Below, piece by piece: positions 59,702 through 64,000 of a stretch of 64,000 bases of DNA. The DNA is from an uncultured delta proteobacterium (GTDB lineage Bacteria; Desulfobacterota; Binatia; Bin18): positions 1 through 64,000 of the forward strand of contig CAVTCR010000086.1 in NCBI GenBank assembly GCA_963733195.1, given 5' to 3'. The notes beneath the pieces were generated by a model. It ran no database searches. It was not told where the DNA came from and saw nothing but the letters and a program-made list of their open reading frames with translations. The translations under genes and the position numbers were made by a program. Each line of letters starts with the position of its first letter. Positions within the stretch are counted from its first letter, which is position 1.

Positions 59702-61636
59702 ATGGAACGGAAGCTTGCCGCGATCTTCAGTGCCGATGTCAAAGGCTACAGTCGCCTCATGGGCGATGATGAAATCGCCACCGTCCGTACGTTAACCTCC
59801 TATCGGGAGGTGATGACTACACTGATCCACGCCCACCGGGGCCGCGTCGTCGACTCGCCCGGCGATAATCTGTTGGCCGAGTTTGCTAGCGTGGTGGATG
59901 CCGTGCAATGCGCCACCGAGATTCAGCAAGAATTCACTGTGCGCAACGCCGAGTTGCCTCCGCACCGTCAGATGGCCTTTCGGATTGGTATCAATGTCGG
60001 TGATGTCCTGACCGAAGATGGTCGCCTCTACGGAGATGGCGTCAATATCGCCGCCCGCTTGGAGGGGTTAGCCGAGGCCGGGGGCATCTGTCTCTCAGAA
60101 ACCGCGTATACCCAGGTCAAGAATAAGCTGACGCTGAGCTATGAGTACATCGGGGAGCAGCAGGTCAAAAACATCGCGGAGCCCGTCCGTGCCTACAAGG
60201 TGCAGCTCAATCCTGGTGCCACTGCTCCTGAGGTGAGCGAGAAGACAGCAACCGTAAGACCAGGGACACAGCTAGGCCGAAATGACACCTCCTCCTCGTA
60301 TGGACGAAAAGCCACGCTAACGCTGGGAGGTCTCCTCTTACTTGCCGCAGCGGTGGTGATAGCCGTGCAACATCTCTCTTTGCGCCCGCCTGCCCCCTCT
60401 GCGGCCATTCCTCCGACACAGCCTCTGACCCTTGCTCTCCCCGCCAAACCGTCGATTGTCGTCTTGCCATTCACCAACATGAGTGGTGACCTGTCCCAAG
60501 ACTATTTTAGCGATGGGATGACAGAGGACATCACGACGGATCTGTCCAAAATCTCTGGCCTCTTTATCATCTCGCGCAACTCCGCCTTCACCTACAAAGG
60601 GAAAGCGGTGAAGGTGCAGGATGTGAGCCGGGAGATGGGTGTGCGGTATGTTTTAGAAGGGAGTGTGCGCAAGGCAGGGGACCAACTCCGGATTACTGCT
60701 CAGTTGATAGACGGCACGACCGGAGGGCATGTATGGTCCGAACGGTATGACCGCCTTCTGCGCGATGTTTTTGCACTACAGGATGAGATCACGCAGCAGA
60801 TTGTGGCAGCTCTCCAGGTCGAGATAGGAGAAGCAGAGCTGGCACGGGTACGACATATCCCGACGGAGAACCTGACGGCCTATGACCTTTATCTGCGCGG
60901 CCTAGACTTGTGGTTCCGGGCCAACTACGAAACGAAGAAGGAGGCGAATGCGCAGGCGCGGCAGTTGTTTGAGCAGGCGGTCGAATTGGACCCACACTAC
61001 GCCCAGGCCTGCGCTGGGCTGAGTTTGACGTATTTTACTGACAGCTTCTTACAGTGGAGTAGCGAACCCGCTCAAGCGCTAGAACGCGCTCTTGAACTAG
61101 CGCTAAAGGCTATCGCCTTAGACAACTCCTTGCCTTCCCCTCATACCACCCTAGGCGTTATCTATATGTGGAAAAAGCAGTATGAGCAGGCAATTACCGA
61201 GGGAGAGCAGGCCATCACCCTTGATCCGAACTTTGCTGAGGGCTTCGTGAATCTAGGGTGGATTCTCATTGCTGCTGGGCGACCGCAGGAAGCTGTCGAC
61301 ATGATCGAGAAGGCGATCCGCCTCAACCCTCGGTCTTCGGTCCGGTACCTCCAGGATTTGGGTATGGCGTACCGCGAAGTGGGCCGGTGTGAGGAGGCGA
61401 TTGCAGTGACGAAGCAATTCCTCGCTGTCATTCCCAACTACGGGCCTGCCTATTATACCTTGGCGGTCTGCTACGCTGAGTTCGGCCGGCTGGAGGAGGC
61501 CCAGGCTGCGGTGGCAGAATTAGTGCGGCTCACGCCCTCTATGTCTCTGAACTGGGTGCGTCAGAATGTTCCCGCCAAGGATCCAGCGAGATTAGAGCGT
61601 CATCTTGCTGCCCTGCGCAAGGCGGGGCTCAAATGA
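59702..61636 (+). CDS. Class III adenylate/guanylate cyclase-TM-TolB-like-TPR protein
   Basis: ADVKGYSRLM, GD, FRIGINVGD, GVNIAARLE, KPSIVVLPF, TPR repeats. Confidence 0.92.
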   Translation: MERKLAAIFSADVKGYSRLMGDDEIATVRTLTSYREVMTTLIHAHRGRVVDSPGDNLLAEFASVVDAVQCATEIQQEFTVRNAELPPHRQMAFRIGINVGDVLTEDGRLYGDGVNIAARLEGLAEAGGICLSETAYTQVKNKLTLSYEYIGEQQVKNIAEPVRAYKVQLNPGATAPEVSEKTATVRPGTQLGRNDTSSSYGRKATLTLGGLLLLAAAVVIAVQHLSLRPPAPSAAIPPTQPLTLALPAKPSIVVLPFTNMSGDLSQDYFSDGMTEDITTDLSKISGLFIISRNSAFTYKGKAVKVQDVSREMGVRYVLEGSVRKAGDQLRITAQLIDGTTGGHVWSERYDRLLRDVFALQDEITQQIVAALQVEIGEAELARVRHIPTENLTAYDLYLRGLDLWFRANYETKKEANAQARQLFEQAVELDPHYAQACAGLSLTYFTDSFLQWSSEPAQALERALELALKAIALDNSLPSPHTTLGVIYMWKKQYEQAITEGEQAITLDPNFAEGFVNLGWILIAAGRPQEAVDMIEKAIRLNPRSSVRYLQDLGMAYREVGRCEEAIAVTKQFLAVIPNYGPAYYTLAVCYAEFGRLEEAQAAVAELVRLTPSMSLNWVRQNVPAKDPARLERHLAALRKAGLK

Positions 61637-61777
61637 ATACGCCATGCAGCAGAAGCAGGAAAGGAAGATGGACAAAAGCAAAGAGTTGCTCACCGTTCAG
61701 AGCCATGCGGCCTAACGAAGTCCGCTGAGGGAGCGAACCATAGATGGAGATTTGACACGGTAACGAAAACACTAGGG

Positions 61778-62051
61778 TGTCTTCTGAGGAGCCCTGTGAC
61801 GTTGCTCAGGATAAACACCGCGACGAAGTATCTCTCCCTATCATCCCCACCGAGATTCTTCGCTTCCGCTTCGCTACGACTGCTCAGAAACAAAATGCCG
61901 CCCAGTGCCCCCTGGATTCCAGCTTACGCTGGAATGACGCAGACGACATGCCCGTCATTCCGGGCGCGCACCGCGCGACCCGGAATCCAGGCGCATCCAG
62001 TTTCTGCCTCCATGCTTAGCGCCCCGCGCTATGGACGACTCAGAATGACAC
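61778..62051. repeat. Composite nested palindromic (REP-like) element
   Basis: Same outer scaffold as 23443-23658 with a different inner inverted pair (CCTGGATTCC...GGAATCCAGG). Confidence 0.8.
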
Positions 62052-62088
62052 GCTCCCTCGACTTCAAAGAATGTGTTCGATCTTTTGC

Positions 62089-63601
62089 CTACCGTTTTTC
62101 CCACGGCACCTGTTTCTCGAAGGCATGACCGACTTGCAAGAGCGATCCATCTTCAAAGTGTCTACCAGTGAGCATGAGACCAACAGGGAGTCCATTCGAT
62201 TTTCCACATGGCACTGTGAGTGATGGATGTCCTGTCATATTAAACGGTGCGGTGTTCCCCAACATCCGCCAACCGTGTTCAAGCCATTCGCGAATGCTCT
62301 GTTTATCGTTGTATTTATGCGCTTTCTGTGGTGTCGTTGGCATCACTAAAATATCAACCTGCTTCAGCACGTGATCATATGCTTCACGTAACGCTCGCCG
62401 TTGGTTCTGCGCTTTGGCGTACAAGCGTCCATGATAGGTTTGATTGAGATAGTAGCCCATCAGTACAACAAATTTCAATTGATGTGGCAAGTCTTGCGCG
62501 TGCGCTCGCAGTGACTTGCCCAACGCATTAGCAAAACTTTCGTTGTACAATCCCCTGGCGTGATACCCGACGCCGTTTCCATAGACCAATGCGGCCATGC
62601 CTTCGGCAATCATCGCCCAGGTAATACCGCCCGCTTCGCGGTGGGCGGGATCGAACTTCTTGCACCTCCGCACCAAGTTCGCGCAGAGCTTTCACCGCAT
62701 CCCGTACTTTGGCATCGACGTCTGATTCTGACACCGGAGTACCAAATCCTTCCTGCACTACGCCCAGTCGAAGGCCACGAATGTTTTTGCCAATGGCTTC
62801 TGTATACGGCTGCAGTGACACCTCGTACTGCCGCGGGTCAAGCGGATCTTTGCCGGCGATCACTTCAAGGAACAGCGCAACATCAGCTACTGTGCGGGCC
62901 ATCGGCCCCGTGTGGTCAAAGGTCGCATCGATGCCGGCGATTCCAGTGTACGGCACCAAGCTGTGCGTGGGTTTTAAGCCAACAACCCCACACCAGGAGG
63001 CAGGAATACGAATCGACCCGCCTTGGTCTCCACCAATAGTGAGATCGATATCGTCATAGTACAACGCCGCACCAGATCCGCCGGAAGAGCCGCCAGCAAG
63101 ATGATCAGGATTGTGAGGATTGCGGGTTGGCCCGTACGCGCTCGTGTCTCCTCCGCCAGAAAAGGCGAAGTTGTCCATGTTCAGCATGGCAGTAATCTCA
63201 CCACCAGCATCAAGAATACGAGTGATGATGGTGGCATCGATGTCAGGAACATAACCATCAAGCACCAGGGACGCACATGTGGTAGGAACTCCGGCAACAC
63301 ACACGTTGTCTTTAATGCCGATGCGCTTGCCAGCCAGCTTGCCAGACTTCGCTCCTTTCACAGAGCAGCGGCGAACGATCGCATTCAATGGATCTTCCTG
63401 ACGACTGGGTCGTCTTCCAGGATCACGTTCACGATAGCTGACAACCGGCAAGTTTGACGGGGTCAGGTCGAGTTCGTTGAGGAGGGCAAACATGTCCGGG
63501 ATCAAGGATTGATACGCCTCAAGTTCTTCGTTACTCAGCGCGAAATGATGTTGCGCAGCAAGACGGTGCAGGTCATCGCTTGTCGGTCGTCGCAGAGCCA
63601 T
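62089..63601 (-). CDS. Amidase-signature enzyme, paralog of 50644; frameshift ~62650
   Basis: IKDN, GGSSGGSG, GGDQGGSIRIP, YHGRLYAKAQN. Confidence 0.9.
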
Positions 63602-63658
63602 AGCGTGATTCCTCCTTCACTGAGAGAGATAGCGCCTGCGCCGTCTCTCTCACGAGTC

Positions 63659-64000
63659 TTACAGTCGTTGATCAAATTGGAGAATAATGCCGTCGGGGTC
63701 AAGAAAGAGGCAGGTTAAAACTTTCTTGCCCGGCGGCTCACCATACGCCGCGGTGTCAGACTCTAGTGGCGGCACGAGAATAGGAACTCCAGCAGCTTTG
63801 AGTTTGTCTACACGAGCACGCAGGTCGTTCACCCAAAACGAAAAATGATGAATACCGACTTGGTCGAGCTTTATCGACTCACCTGAAGATGGTCCGACTG
63901 GTGCAGAGAGAACAATAAACGGCGCTTCTGGCCCATCTTCCCACCGCATGTAGACCGCGCGACGTTTTCCTTTTTTCGAGTCACGAAACAACGCCGGTAA
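63659..64000 (-). CDS. VOC family protein (5'-partial)
   Basis: GIHHFSFWV.DL, LFLDPDGIILQF. Confidence 0.8.
   Translation of the reverse strand, partial: LPALFRDSKKGKRRAVYMRWEDGPEAPFIVLSAPVGPSSGESIKLDQVGIHHFSFWVNDLRARVDKLKAAGVPILVPPLESDTAAYGEPPGKKVLTCLFLDPDGIILQFDQRL

Noticed and set aside
13363-62051. Dispersed palindromes as a CRISPR array or integron attC sites
   Set aside because: No regular repeat-spacer periodicity, no cas genes or integrase, and no convincing attC box pairs.
61690-62128. Short ORFs over the composite repeat
   Set aside because: They are translations of palindromic repeat DNA.

Overview
64 kb of bacterial chromosome dominated by catabolic and redox genes: enoyl-CoA hydratases, an acyl-CoA dehydrogenase, SDRs, LLM oxidoreductases, amidases, amidohydrolases, a P450 and a Rieske ring-hydroxylating dioxygenase/extradiol dioxygenase cluster. 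It also has two class III adenylate cyclase-TPR paralogs, a tesA-ybbA-ybbP-like locus, four toxin-antitoxin loci (three damaged) and dense palindromic intergenic repeats. The gene content suggests a Binatia/deltaproteobacteria-like genome (weak inference). About 13 genes carry frameshifts, most likely long-read indel errors. No rRNA, tRNA, CRISPR array or intact transposase was recognised. Two features stand out. (1) An ECF sigma factor is followed by a protein fusing a zinc anti-sigma (HxxxCxxC) domain, an O6-alkylguanine methyltransferase (PCHRV) and an Ada-type four-Cys zinc domain, with an ATL gene nearby. This is a candidate sigma/anti-sigma version of the adaptive response to DNA alkylation. 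(2) A hidden selenoprotein (56007-56552, in-frame TGA in D-U-G-A-C-x-x-C, UGSC family) is split in two by the ORF track and lies beside an uncharacterised partner gene. Family calls come from motif recognition, not database searches.
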